The notes: generated from the letters alone by a model not told the origin. Shown: positions 53,996-63,684, counted from the first letter of the stretch. The stretch: 63,684 nucleotides of DNA from Angustibacter luteus (GCF_039541115.1 NZ_BAABFP010000008.1:558001-621684); one strand, 5' to 3'. Translations and numbers: made by a program.

Positions 53996-55144
53996 TTGAG
54001 CAAGCCCACACCGACGTTCAATGCCCAGGTCGGGGCGGTGACCGAGAGCATCGGACCATGGATCGAGAACGACAGTCTCGATCACGCCCGACTTGAGCTG
54101 GCGCTTGCCCAAGTGGGCGCGGATGCTGCCGTTCGAGCACGAGTCGTCGCCATGTTGAGCGCGGCGCAGATCACCGTCGTCGGGGGCGACGAAGAGCTGC
54201 GCACTGGGTTGACCCACGACCAACGAATGCACAACGGCGTGGCACCTGACCCGAAGGCCCCCAGGAGAGCTGCGATCGCTGCGGCACGACGTGTTCTCGA
54301 GCTGGACCGTCGAGCGCATCGTCCTGACAAGCGTTTGCTCACGGCCGAGGAAGAGGTCGGGCTGAGTCTCATCATCCGTGGGACTGAGGAGAGGGCATTG
54401 CCTCGGGGCGGCTTGGCTGACCTATCGGGCGAACCCCGCGTCGCGGCCGACGCGATGGTTCTGCACAATGTGCGATTGGTCCACAAGATTGCGCGCGGGT
54501 ATCACGGACAGGGCTTGGAACACGATGATTTGTATCAGAGTGGTATCGCTGGACTCATTCGTGCGGTGGAGATGTTCGAGCCTGAGTCGGGATTCAAGTT
54601 TTCTACCTATGCGACCTGGTGGATCAGGCAGTCGATCACGCGGTCCATCGCGAACGAAAGCCGGCTGGTGCGCATTCCTGTGCACATGCATGAGCTCATC
54701 CAGCGCGTCCGAGCCACGCAGCAGAGCCTTACCTTTGATGACTTCGGCCCGTCGGTCTCTGCCTTGGCGACTGAGTGCGGGCTGTCCATTGGAAAGGTGA
54801 TCGAGTGCCTGCGACTGAGCCGACCGCCGCTTAGTCTGGACGCGGAGTACGGCGAAGATGGCTTTACATTGGGTGATCTCGTCGATCAGCAAGCCGATCA
54901 ACCCGAACACGTCGAGGTCGGTGGCTTCTTTCCTGAAGATGTCTGGCCATGGTTGTCGCGCCTGGATGCCCGAGGCAGGGAGGTCGTGCTGCGTCGGTTC
55001 GGGTTTCATCCCTTCGCTGAGCAGCAGACCCTCGACGAGGTCGGCCGCGCATACGGGGTTACGCGGGAACGGATACGCCAGATCCAGGTCGTGGCGATGC
55101 GTCAGCTCGGTGCGATGGCGGCGGAGCCTCGAGCTCGGCCTTGA
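53996..55144 (+). CDS. Accessory RpoD-like sigma-70 factor
   Basis: Region 1.2 LLTAEEE; region 2 FKFSTYATWWIRQSITR; region 4 TLDEVG..YGVTRERIRQI; TTG start uncertain. Confidence 0.9.
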   Translation: MSKPTPTFNAQVGAVTESIGPWIENDSLDHARLELALAQVGADAAVRARVVAMLSAAQITVVGGDEELRTGLTHDQRMHNGVAPDPKAPRRAAIAAARRVLELDRRAHRPDKRLLTAEEEVGLSLIIRGTEERALPRGGLADLSGEPRVAADAMVLHNVRLVHKIARGYHGQGLEHDDLYQSGIAGLIRAVEMFEPESGFKFSTYATWWIRQSITRSIANESRLVRIPVHMHELIQRVRATQQSLTFDDFGPSVSALATECGLSIGKVIECLRLSRPPLSLDAEYGEDGFTLGDLVDQQADQPEHVEVGGFFPEDVWPWLSRLDARGREVVLRRFGFHPFAEQQTLDEVGRAYGVTRERIRQIQVVAMRQLGAMAAEPRARP

Positions 55145-55390
55145 TGAGCCCCAGGCGCCGGCAAGCGCCATCACCAAGTTGTTAGGGGAGTGGAACTGCT
55201 CCCACTCCCGCTCCTACGAGAACGATCGGAGGCGACTCGACAACGCAAGCAGGCCATCGGCGTCTTCAGGCACGCTTCATCGTGACGGATGCCGAGCGTG
55301 AACTGCGTCCGGACGCGCCGCCCGCATCCATAGCGCGCAACCAGCTACCAGATCGGCGGCGAATGCTCACCGTGCGCGTACGGTGCAGAA

Positions 55391-56002
55391 ATGGCTAACC
55401 CCGTGGACGACGTGATCCGTCAATTCATGATGCCGAAGGCCGTTGCGATAACGGGTCGCTCGTCGAGTATCACGAACTCGTTCATCAACTCCATCATCCC
55501 AGTCGTCATCCCGACGCCTGAGGAGATTCGCAGAGCTCTCGAGATTCTCGACATGACGGAACAGGTTCGCTGCGCCTACTGCGCCGATCCTCACACCGAG
55601 TGGGACCACCTCCGACCGTTAGTGATCAACAAGCAGCCGACCGGCTATATCTCCGAGATCCACAACCTGGTCCCTTCATGCGGAAAGTGCAATCAATCAA
55701 AGGGAAACAAGCACTGGCGGGTCTGGATGCTCGGGTCCTCGCCCCTGTCCCCTGCCTCACGGGGGGTCTTCGACCTCGACGTGCTGGCGCTGCGACTCGA
55801 GCAGTACGAAGCTTGGAGTGCCCCCACTCGCCTCGACTTCGCCTCATTGGCCGGCCCGGCCCTCTGGGCCGAGCACTGGGATCACCACCGGCGGATCCTT
55901 GGCCTCATGCAGGAGGCGCAAGTCGTAGCCACCTCGATTCGCGAGAGTGTAAGGGCCGGCTACCTGGCACAAGCGCCGACGCGATATTCAGCCACCGACT
56001 GA
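55391..56002 (+). CDS. HNH endonuclease
   Basis: CAYC..EWDH..P...HNLVPSCGKCNQSKG. Confidence 0.88.
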   Translation: MANPVDDVIRQFMMPKAVAITGRSSSITNSFINSIIPVVIPTPEEIRRALEILDMTEQVRCAYCADPHTEWDHLRPLVINKQPTGYISEIHNLVPSCGKCNQSKGNKHWRVWMLGSSPLSPASRGVFDLDVLALRLEQYEAWSAPTRLDFASLAGPALWAEHWDHHRRILGLMQEAQVVATSIRESVRAGYLAQAPTRYSATD

Positions 56003-56493
56003 TAGTCGGGCGGCACGACACCGAGCCCGCCTGGGTCACGCATGCCGCTCGGAGGATGCCCGTGTTATCGAGGGTGCCGTGCATCAGAACTCGGCTCAAC
56101 GGCAGCGATTTCGAGCACTCAGCCGGACGCGCAGCTACGTCCCGAGCATGCGAGGCAACGCTTCAATGCTCAGCGTGGCGCCTGGCCACGCCGAGCCCAG
56201 AATCAATTTATCCGTGTTCATTACACCCAACGGTGGCGCCAAAGGCGCCAGCCTTGTGTCTAATAGAGTGGCGGCGCCGGATAGGCGCCTTGTCGATACT
56301 GAAGCAGATGCTTGATGCATTGGCAGGCCGCCCCCATAGGGGCGGCCGTGCCTTGTTTCCCACCCCCACCCCTTTGTTCGCCGAAAGAGACTGACTCAAG
56401 AGAACGCGTGAGTACCTGCAGGTCAGCGGCCTGCCGACACGTGCGGAACGCTCCCCGTGGGAGCCGTGGGCGTAGCAGTTTGAGGCGAAACCG

Positions 56494-56974
56494 CTACGGC
56501 GATCGATCCCCGCAACTTGGACACCGGCCCCTGCCGAGCCACCCTTGTTGGGCGACGTGTCGAGGCAAAGCGAGACAGCGCCGACCCGAGCCTGGCGCAA
56601 GAAGGCCAACGCGCACGGCCTGTCTGATCGACCGATCCAGACTCGAGGCGACGCTCTCGAGGGTCCCCGGTCCGACTTCTCCTTGTTGATCGACGGCAAA
56701 ATAGCCCGACCAACTCTCCCTGCCGAAACGGCGCGTGCCCGCTCTTCTCCATGCGCGAGACCGCTAAGAACCAGACCCTAAGCCAACCCGGGACAACCCC
56801 CCTCGCTCCCCCGATCTCTGCCGCCCAGGACTGAGCGACCGCCGCCCAGGTTCCTGAGCGGTCCTGAGGGCCAGCGAAATGAATCTTGTGCGCGACCCTG
56901 GCTTTGGCTGCCGATGCGCTTGCCTCGGCGGTGCCTGGCAGTGCCTTCAGTTGCTTGCTCATGGGACTCGACAA
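56494..56974 (-). pseudogene. Frameshifted small (winged-helix-like) protein of the mobile element
   Basis: Removing one T from the T4 run at 56698-56701 joins ...GHAPFRQGELVGLF to AVDQQ...RSIRQAVRVGLL...RCLALP...CPSC*. Confidence 0.45.
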
Positions 56975-57089
56975 GACCAGCCACCACCGGAACCTGACCT
57001 TGCCCTCGCGGGACTCCCCAACACGAGTCTTCCGGGGAGGTCGGCCTCGAGCCGGTCGCCGTCCGATCGCGGAGGCCAGCCAGCCCGAT

Positions 57090-57299
57090 TCACGGCCTCA
57101 CCATTCGATGGGCCGCTGAAGCGGCATCCTCATTCAGCCAGCGCTCCAGTTCCGACAACCGGTAGCGGTACTGCTTGCCGATCTTGTAGCGGGGCACACC
57201 AGATCTGGCGGCACAGTTGTGCAGCCAGCTTGGCGGCTTGTCCAGGAACCTGGCCGCCTCCCTGGTGCTTACAAACGGCTCAGGCAACTTGCTGGTCAA
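57090..57299 (-). CDS. Excisionase-like HTH protein
   Basis: STREAARFL...W...GVP.YKIGKQYRYRLSELERW. Confidence 0.82.
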   Translation of the reverse strand: MTSKLPEPFVSTREAARFLDKPPSWLHNCAARSGVPRYKIGKQYRYRLSELERWLNEDAASAAHRMVRP

Positions 57300-57421
57300 G
57301 ATCAGTCCTCCTCATCTTGGGCGCATTGAGTAACGCTAGACCCCATGTAATCGTCTTTCCATTAAGTCTGTCAAGACTCCATGCATGGACATGGGCCAGG
57401 GGGTCGGCTAGACTCACTGTC

Positions 57422-58123
57422 ATGACCAACGGCGCATCGGAGACCCGCCAGTCACTCGGCGCGAGGCTGCGCAGCCAGTTGGGCTCCCAGCCCCTCGCCG
57501 CCCTCCCGGCGGCCCCGCAGGCACAGACGCACGTTGAGGATGACCGCATCACCACGATGTGCCGCTTGGGGGAGGACTGGATCATCGGCATCGAGTTCGT
57601 GCGGGACGAGCTCGACCTCGACCGCCCGGTTGAGCTGACAATCCTCGCGGCCCGCAGTGACTCGGACGTGGCGCTCACCACCAGCGTGCTGCGCGCCATC
57701 CCACTCGGACAGCTCATCGATGCTGCCCGAGCGGTATCCCGCGACGCATCGGTGCTTTACGACGCGTACGAGGCCGCGATCGCGGAAGAGCTGATCGTGT
57801 GGACGCAGGATGCCCGACGCACCGGCGCAAAGCGCAGCGGTTTGGCATACGCGGCCCTAGCCGCGCGCTACGCCGACCTGGTCGCACGCGGAGATCGCAA
57901 GCCCGCAGAGACGCTAGGCGCAGAGTTGGACATGTCGCCTGTGACGGTCTCGCAACGAATCCGGGAAGCGAGGCAGTCGGGCCTTCTCACTCCCGCTGTC
58001 CCGGGCAGGGCTAGCGGTCGTCTAACCAGGGAAGCCGTGCGCTTGCTCGGCGACCTGTGGATGAAGGCTCATGGGAAGGTGCGGGCCAGCAAGGTTGAGG
58101 AGGCAGGAGATGGCCTGGATTGA
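57422..58123 (+). CDS. Island regulator-like protein with a C-terminal HTH
   Basis: PAETLGAELDMSPVTVSQRIREARQSGLL; divergent from the excisionase and overlapping the integrase start. Confidence 0.65.
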   Translation: MTNGASETRQSLGARLRSQLGSQPLAALPAAPQAQTHVEDDRITTMCRLGEDWIIGIEFVRDELDLDRPVELTILAARSDSDVALTTSVLRAIPLGQLIDAARAVSRDASVLYDAYEAAIAEELIVWTQDARRTGAKRSGLAYAALAARYADLVARGDRKPAETLGAELDMSPVTVSQRIREARQSGLLTPAVPGRASGRLTREAVRLLGDLWMKAHGKVRASKVEEAGDGLD

Positions 58124-59249
58124 GAAGCGAGCCGCGGGTTACATCGGGCGTTATCGCGATGCCAACGGACGGACGCGATCGACGCGGCTGATGCGCCGCA
58201 AGCGGGATGCCGTTGAGGCAGCCGAGCTGCAGGAGCGGCGCGTGAAACGCGGGGACTGGACGGACCCTGCCCTGGGCAAGATCACCGTAGGTGAGTGGTC
58301 CAAGCTCTGGCTCGCCGGGCTAGAGGTGACGCCTAAGACCAGGCACGGCTACGACGAGCGTCTCCGGTCGTTGATCCTCCCGCGCTGGCAGGACACGCGC
58401 CTGAACGCCGTCATGCTGTCCGAGGTCAAGGCCTGGGTCGCCACGATGGCGGGTGCCCGTGGCCGGTCCGCAAGTGACACCAGGCGACGCGACGCGGGGG
58501 CACAGCTGGTGCGGATGCTCGACGCAGCCGTCGACGAGGGGCTGATCAGGTCCAACCCTGCCAAGACCAAGGCCGGCAAGACCACGTACCTTCCCCGGGC
58601 CAAGAAGGCCAAATCGCACCGCTACCTGTCGGACAACGAGCTGCTGGCCGTGGCGGACGAGTGCGGTTCCTACGGCTCATTCGTCCTGCTCGCTGGGTAC
58701 ACGGGCCTACGTTGGGGCGAGATCACTGCCCTGCGCGTCCGGGACGTCAACCTGCTGCACGGCAGGATCACCGTCGAGCGCGCCCACTCGATGGTCGGCG
58801 GAAGGCTCCTCGTGGGGGACACGAAGACGCACGAGCGCCGCCAGGTGGTCGTGCCGGGCTTCTTGCGTGAGGACCTGTCCCGGCTGATGGTGGACAGGGA
58901 TCGCGACGACCTGATCTTCGTCAGCCCGGACGGGAGCCCGCTGGACAACCGGAACTTTTCTCAGCGCGTGCTCGCCAAGGCCTGGGTGCGTGCGGGCGTC
59001 GAGCGGCTCACGTTCCACGACCTGCGCCACACCGCGGCGAGCCTGGCGGTGGCGTCCGGGGCGAACGTGATGGCCGTCCAGCGCATGCTGGGGCACGCTT
59101 CTGCGGCGATGACGCTGGACACCTACGCGGGGCTGTTCGACGACCACCTGGTCGACGTGGCCGACCGCATGAGCGAGCGCGCGATGTCTAGCCGTGCCCA
59201 CTCCGTGCCCACTAGGGGCACGGAGCAGGTCACGGCATTGCGAGCCTAG
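58110..59249 (+). CDS. int: Tyrosine recombinase/integrase
   Basis: TGLRWGE, HDLRH, LGH and TYA catalytic residues; AGGAG RBS. Confidence 0.95.
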   Translation: MAWIEKRAAGYIGRYRDANGRTRSTRLMRRKRDAVEAAELQERRVKRGDWTDPALGKITVGEWSKLWLAGLEVTPKTRHGYDERLRSLILPRWQDTRLNAVMLSEVKAWVATMAGARGRSASDTRRRDAGAQLVRMLDAAVDEGLIRSNPAKTKAGKTTYLPRAKKAKSHRYLSDNELLAVADECGSYGSFVLLAGYTGLRWGEITALRVRDVNLLHGRITVERAHSMVGGRLLVGDTKTHERRQVVVPGFLREDLSRLMVDRDRDDLIFVSPDGSPLDNRNFSQRVLAKAWVRAGVERLTFHDLRHTAASLAVASGANVMAVQRMLGHASAAMTLDTYAGLFDDHLVDVADRMSERAMSSRAHSVPTRGTEQVTALRA

Positions 59250-59286
59250 GACTCGCGTTCAGCACCTGACCAGCAGGTCCTGTCGG

Positions 59287-59360
59287 AGCCGCCTATCGGA
59301 ATCGAACCGATGACCTACGCATTACGAGTGCGTCGCTCTGGCCGACTGAGCTAAGGCGGC
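59287..59360 (-). tRNA. tRNA-Thr(CGT)
   Basis: Cloverleaf with acceptor stem GCCGCCT/AGGCGGC, anticodon arm ACGCA-CTCGTAA-TGCGT and T-loop GGTTCGATTCC. Confidence 0.96.
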
Positions 59361-59425
59361 AGCGCCCCCGCGAAGGGGCACGAGCATCGAGTATAGAGGG
59401 CCGCGGGCAGTGCTCGTGCACGGAG

Positions 59426-60088
59426 TCACGGCGCGAGCAGCACCCGGGTCCAGATGTCGAGCAGGAGGCGCTCGACGTCCGCCGGACTGAACCCGCGCGA
59501 GGCGAGCAGCTCGTAGTACTCCGGCGCGTTGGTGGACCACACGAGGTCGGCGACCTGGTCGTCGGTCAGGTCGGCGCGCAGGTCGCCGGTGGCCCGCAGG
59601 TCGGCCGCGAAGAGCCGCATGTTCGCCGCCCGCCGGTCGGCCAGGGAGGTCAGCGCCGCTCCGGCCGCCGCGTCGGTGGCGGCCGCCTGGCGCAGCGCGA
59701 CCACCAAGGGCACGACCTGGGGGTGCCGCCGCACGATCGCCGCGGCGTACACCTCGAGCTTCGCCCGCGCCCCGGGGGTGGCGCGCACCTGCTGGACGTA
59801 GTCGCGCTCGATCGACGGCGTCGCCTGGCCACCGGGCGCGTCGGTCTCGTGACCGGCGAGCGCCTCGTCGATCAGCGCGAGGACCAGCTGCGGCTTGCGC
59901 CCCACCGAGGCGTAGACGGTGTCGACGGCCACCCCCGCTCGCCTGGCGATCGCGGTGACGGACGTCGCGGCGTACCCCTGGATGGCGAAGAGCTCGTGCG
60001 CGCTGCGCAGGACGGCGACGCGGGTGGCGGCCGCCTGAGCGGCCCGCCGCGGGGACCGGTAGGGGCGGGGGTTGACCGGCTCGCGCAT
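59426..60088 (-). CDS. TetR-family regulator
   Basis: YRSPRR..QA..TR and IARRAGVAVDTVYAS motifs. Confidence 0.88.
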   Translation of the reverse strand: MREPVNPRPYRSPRRAAQAAATRVAVLRSAHELFAIQGYAATSVTAIARRAGVAVDTVYASVGRKPQLVLALIDEALAGHETDAPGGQATPSIERDYVQQVRATPGARAKLEVYAAAIVRRHPQVVPLVVALRQAAATDAAAGAALTSLADRRAANMRLFAADLRATGDLRADLTDDQVADLVWSTNAPEYYELLASRGFSPADVERLLLDIWTRVLLAP

Positions 60089-60159
60089 GCGATCTACCTT
60101 AGCAATATTCGGCAGAACGCACTTCGGATGAACTGCCACCCCAGGCACGGAGGTGCCTC

Positions 60160-60681
60160 GTGGACGAGACGACCCTGACGACCGCGGTCTTCCGACCGGC
60201 CGGCACCGGAGCGGCGACCTGGGCGATGGGCTCGCTGTTCGAGCACCTGGTCACCGGGCAGGAGAGCGGCGACGAGCTGGGCGTGTCGCTCGTGCTGCAG
60301 CCGCCCGGCACGGCCACCCCGCTGCACGTGCACTCCCGTGAGGCCGAGGCGTTCTACCTCCTCGCGGGCACCATGACCTACCGGGCGGGCGAGCAGACCT
60401 TCCGGATGTCGGCCGGCGACTTCGTCTACCTGCCGAAGGCCGTGCCGCACGCCTTCCGGGTCACCGGGGACCGACCGGCGCAGATCCTCGGGATGACGGT
60501 GCCCGGTGCCCTGCTCGCGCTGTACGACGAGGTCGGGCTGCCAGCGACCGAGCGCCGCCTGCCCGGCGCCGACGGCCGGCCGATGCCCGAGGAGATCGCC
60601 CGCTGGAACGACGTCGGCCCGCGCTACGGACTGCAGGTGGTCGGCCCACCGATCCCGGCGGACGACGTCCCGGTGGGCTAG
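60160..60681 (+). CDS. Cupin-domain protein (quercetinase-like)
   Basis: PLHVHSREAEAFY and PKAVPHAF motifs. Confidence 0.85.
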   Translation: MDETTLTTAVFRPAGTGAATWAMGSLFEHLVTGQESGDELGVSLVLQPPGTATPLHVHSREAEAFYLLAGTMTYRAGEQTFRMSAGDFVYLPKAVPHAFRVTGDRPAQILGMTVPGALLALYDEVGLPATERRLPGADGRPMPEEIARWNDVGPRYGLQVVGPPIPADDVPVG

Positions 60682-60697
60682 GACCGCCGGCCACCAG

Positions 60698-62233
60698 CTA
60701 GCAGGTCAGCCCGTCCTTGGGTTTCGTGCCGCGCAGCAGGTAGGCGTCGACGGCCTTGTCCACGCACCGGCTGCCCCGCATGTACGCCGTGTGCCCGTCC
60801 CCGCGGTAGGTGATCAGGTGCCCGTCGGACAGCTGCTCGGCCAGACCCTGCGCCCACGGGTACGGCGTGGCCGGGTCGCGCGTCGTCCCCACCACCACGA
60901 TCGGTGGGCTGCCGGGGGCGGTGACCGCGTGCGGCTTGCCGGTGGCCGGCAGCGGCCACGAGGTGCAGGGCAGCTCGCCCCACGCCAGCAGGCCACCCCA
61001 GGTCGGCGCGGCCCGCTGGAACGTCGGCAGCTCCGCCTTCACGTCGGCGGCGCCGTCGCCCACCGGGCGGTCGAGGCAGTTGACCGCGTACAGCGCCGGC
61101 GTGCCGTTGCCCGCGTAGGTGCCGTCCGGCTGGCGGTCCGCGTACATGTCGGCCAGCTGCATCAGGCCGCGTCCGTCCCTGGAGAACGCCTGGTCCAGCG
61201 CCTCACGCAGGCTCGGCCAGAAACCCTTGTCGTACATGCCGAGCGCGATGCCGTAGCTGCCCCAACCCTCGGTCAGCGGCCGGCTGGGGTCGCCGGACGG
61301 GAGGGGCTTGGCGTCCAGCGACGCCAGCAGACCCTGGATGCGCTGCATCCCGCGACCGACGTCCGAACCGAGCGGGCAGCCGGACCGGTCGACGCAGTCG
61401 GCCACGAACGCCCGAGTGGCCTGCTCGAAGCCCTTCGCCTGGCCGAGGTCGATCTCGCGCGCCGACAGCCGGGGGTCGATCGCGCCGTCCAGCACCATCC
61501 GGCCGATGTTGGTCGGGAAGAGATCGGCGTACGTCGCGCCCAGGTAGGTGCCGTAGGACTTGCCCAGGTAGAACAGTCGCTTGTCGCCGAGGGCGGCGCG
61601 CAGCACGTCCATGTCCCGGGCCGCCGAGACCGTGTCGACGTGCCCCACCAGGGCGGGGTCGGCCCGCTGGCACCCGAGCCCCATCCCCTTGCCGATCGCC
61701 GTCATCCTCGAGACCTCGGCCGGGGTGTCCGGGGTCGGGTCCTGGCCGATGAAGGTGTCGGTCTGCGCGTCGGTCAGGCACTCCAGGGGGTCACTCGTGG
61801 CGACGCCGCGGGGGTCGAACCCGACGACGTCATAGGCGCGCCGGGTCGCGGCACTGATCGACGTGCTCGCCCGGCGGGCGTAGTCGACGCCGGAAGCGCC
61901 GGGGCCGCCGGGGTTGACCACCAGCGAGCCGAGTCGCTGCTTGGGCTTGCCGGCGGGGAGCTTGATCACCGACAGCGGGATCGTCGCCCCCGACGGGTCG
62001 GCGTAGTCGACCGGGACGGTGAGCTTCGAACACTGGTACCCGTCGCCGCAGTCCGTCCAGCTCAGCTTCTGGTCGTAGTAGGTGCTCAGCGCGTCCGGCA
62101 CCGCTGGAGCGCTGACGGACGGCGCGTTCGGACCGCTCGCCGCGGGTTCCGGGGCTTCGTCGCCCCCCGAGCAGCCCACGAGCAGCAGCAGCGCCGCGGT
62201 GGCGGCGGCGAGGACTGCCGGCCGCGCCCTCAC
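60698..62233 (-). CDS. TAP-like alpha/beta hydrolase lipoprotein (tripeptidyl-peptidase family)
   Basis: LVGC lipobox; NPGGPG, FDPRGV, GKSYG, DPATP and GDGH motifs. Confidence 0.88.
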   Translation of the reverse strand: MRARPAVLAAATAALLLLVGCSGGDEAPEPAASGPNAPSVSAPAVPDALSTYYDQKLSWTDCGDGYQCSKLTVPVDYADPSGATIPLSVIKLPAGKPKQRLGSLVVNPGGPGASGVDYARRASTSISAATRRAYDVVGFDPRGVATSDPLECLTDAQTDTFIGQDPTPDTPAEVSRMTAIGKGMGLGCQRADPALVGHVDTVSAARDMDVLRAALGDKRLFYLGKSYGTYLGATYADLFPTNIGRMVLDGAIDPRLSAREIDLGQAKGFEQATRAFVADCVDRSGCPLGSDVGRGMQRIQGLLASLDAKPLPSGDPSRPLTEGWGSYGIALGMYDKGFWPSLREALDQAFSRDGRGLMQLADMYADRQPDGTYAGNGTPALYAVNCLDRPVGDGAADVKAELPTFQRAAPTWGGLLAWGELPCTSWPLPATGKPHAVTAPGSPPIVVVGTTRDPATPYPWAQGLAEQLSDGHLITYRGDGHTAYMRGSRCVDKAVDAYLLRGTKPKDGLTC

Positions 62234-63387
62234 GCGTCCGTCCGCAGCTGCAAGGTCATCGCCTCGAGGGCGAGCAACGGGGCGACGTTCGCCCCGATCC
62301 GGTCGCGGGCGTCCCGGATGGCATCCATGCACCGCACGGCCTGCGACGGCGAGAGCCGGGCTGCCAGCCGCTCGACGTCCACCCGCATCTCGGCGTTGAT
62401 CAGCTCGGCGGTCGGGTCGGCGTGCAGGACCAGCACGTCCCGGTAGAGCGAGAGCAGGTCGAGCAGGGAGCGATCCACCATGTCGCGCACGAACCGGGTG
62501 GCTCGGCGTTTCTGGTTGTCCGACAACGTCTTCAGCTGGCCGCGTACGTGCGGCGGCTGGGTGCGGGCCTGGGGATCGGCGCCGAGCGCCCGCAGGAGGT
62601 CGACCCGCTCCGCCTCGTCCCGCTGCGTCGTACCGGCCTCCGCCTCGGCCTTCGCCGTGTCCAGCAGGGACGCCGCGTGCAGCACCGCGTCGCCGACCTC
62701 GCGCAGCCGCAGCGGCACGCCCAGGACGTCCCGGCGCCGGATCCGGGCCTGCTCGTCCGTGGCCAGCCGACGGGCCATCCCGATGTGGCTCTGCGCGGCC
62801 CGGGCGGCGAACGCCGCCATCTGCCGGTCGACGCCGTCGCGCTGGACCAGCAGGTCGGCCACCGCGTCCGGTGGCGGGGTGCGCAGCCCGACGTGCCGGC
62901 AGCGGCTGCGGATGGTCACCAGGACGTCGTCCGCGCTCGGTGCGCAGAGCAACCAGACCGTGCGGGCCGTGGGCTCCTCGATCGCCTTGAGCATCGCGTT
63001 GCCCGACGAGTCGTTCAGCCGGTCCGCATCCTCGACGAGGATCACCCGCCAACGGCCTGTCGAGGGACGGCGCTGGGCCAGCGGCAACAGCTCGAGGGCC
63101 TGCTGCCGGCTGATGATGACGCCCTCGGTGCGCAAGGTCGTCACGTCGGGGTGGCTGCCGGCGAGCACGGTGTGGCACGCGTGGCAGGCGCCGCAGCCGG
63201 CCTCGTCCTGCTCGCACAGCAGCGACGCCGCAAAGGCCCGGGCGGCCACCGACCGGCCGGACCCGGGCGGCCCGGTGAACAGCCACGCGTGGGTCATGCC
63301 GGAACCGTCGCCGCGCGAGGACCGGACGGCGCTGCGCAGCACGTCCACCGTCGGCTGCTGCCCGACCACCTCGTCCCAGACGCTCAC
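62230..63387 (-). CDS. holB: DNA polymerase III delta' subunit
   Basis: HAWLFTGPPGSG, C..C..C zinc motif, NAMLKAIEEP and TIRSRC motifs. Confidence 0.95.
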   Translation of the reverse strand: MSVWDEVVGQQPTVDVLRSAVRSSRGDGSGMTHAWLFTGPPGSGRSVAARAFAASLLCEQDEAGCGACHACHTVLAGSHPDVTTLRTEGVIISRQQALELLPLAQRRPSTGRWRVILVEDADRLNDSSGNAMLKAIEEPTARTVWLLCAPSADDVLVTIRSRCRHVGLRTPPPDAVADLLVQRDGVDRQMAAFAARAAQSHIGMARRLATDEQARIRRRDVLGVPLRLREVGDAVLHAASLLDTAKAEAEAGTTQRDEAERVDLLRALGADPQARTQPPHVRGQLKTLSDNQKRRATRFVRDMVDRSLLDLLSLYRDVLVLHADPTAELINAEMRVDVERLAARLSPSQAVRCMDAIRDARDRIGANVAPLLALEAMTLQLRTDA

Positions 63388-63684
63388 CGCTGCTCGCGCT
63401 CGCCGAGGTTGAAGATCTCTTCCTCCAGGGGCAGCGGCTGGGTCGCGCTGGCGGGCAGCGGGGCCGTCGCGTCGTCGCCCGCACCGGGGCGCTGGTCGCC
63501 GCCGACGGCCCGCATCGGGCGGGTCTGGGCAGGCGCGGCTTGGGTGGCGTCCTGGCGGGCGGCCTCCTCACGGGCCGCACGCTCGCGGGCCGCACGCTCG
63601 CGGGCCGCACGCTCGCGGGCCGCCTGCTCGCGGGCTGCCTGCTCCTCGGCCGCGCGCTCGGCTGCAGCCGCGGCGGCTGCGCGA
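63384..63684 (-). CDS. Partial CDS (C-terminal low-complexity tail), probably thymidylate kinase
   Basis: Frame ...ERAARERAAR...LEEEIFNLGEREQR* with the stop overlapping the holB GTG; identity inferred only from the usual tmk-holB synteny. Confidence 0.45.
   Translation of the reverse strand, partial: RAAAAAAAERAAEEQAAREQAARERAARERAARERAAREEAARQDATQAAPAQTRPMRAVGGDQRPGAGDDATAPLPASATQPLPLEEEIFNLGEREQR

Larger units (their letters stand above)
44259..59329. mobile_element. ~15-kb integrative genomic island at tRNA-Thr(CGT)
   Basis: Flanking 46-bp direct repeats, a tyrosine integrase next to the tRNA, an excisionase, and visibly more A/T-rich cargo. Confidence 0.93.

Noticed and set aside
58110..59249. 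Island integrase as the recombinase of the cassette array
   Set aside because: It is a phage-type integrase tied to the tRNA att repeats ~50 kb away, and no array repeat is seen in the island.
60698..63610. 970-aa ORF as a holB-hydrolase fusion
   Set aside because: The upstream part is an off-frame read-through of holB; the real hydrolase starts at GTG 62233 with a lipoprotein signal.
63571..63645. 15-bp tandem repeat (CGGGCCGCACGCTCG)
   Set aside because: It is an in-frame coding repeat (ERAAR) in a low-complexity tail, which is ordinary.

Overview
High-GC actinobacterial chromosome segment with four parts. (1) 1-9000: at least 13 copies of a related intergenic element, all in one orientation, separating short unrelated genes of mixed orientation. 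Each element is CRTCCG-NNCATCGGCAC ... (34-bp unit CGCCCTCAACGCGGCAGATCCGGGCGAGCGTAGC) x1-2 ... GGCAGATC-CGGAYG. This looks like a gene-cassette array; no recombinase is linked to it in this window and it runs off the left edge. (2) 9-44 kb: housekeeping and accessory genes (Bcr/CflA MFS, glycerate kinase, selD, cydABDC, LPXTG adhesin, two S8 proteases, a glf/GlfT/Wzm-Wzt/sulfotransferase glycan cluster) plus two deletion scars made of back-to-back gene fragments. (3) 44259-59329: a ~15-kb island integrated at tRNA-Thr(CGT), with a 46-bp direct repeat, tyrosine integrase and excisionase. Its cargo looks like defence genes: HEPN protein, Vsr, KpnI-like HNH nuclease, C5 methyltransferase, a rearranged AddAB-like helicase pair, an extra RpoD-like sigma factor and a second HNH nuclease. 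(4) 59.4-63.7 kb: core region (TetR, cupin, TAP-like hydrolase, holB, probable tmk tail). All family calls come from motif recognition by eye; no database searches were run.
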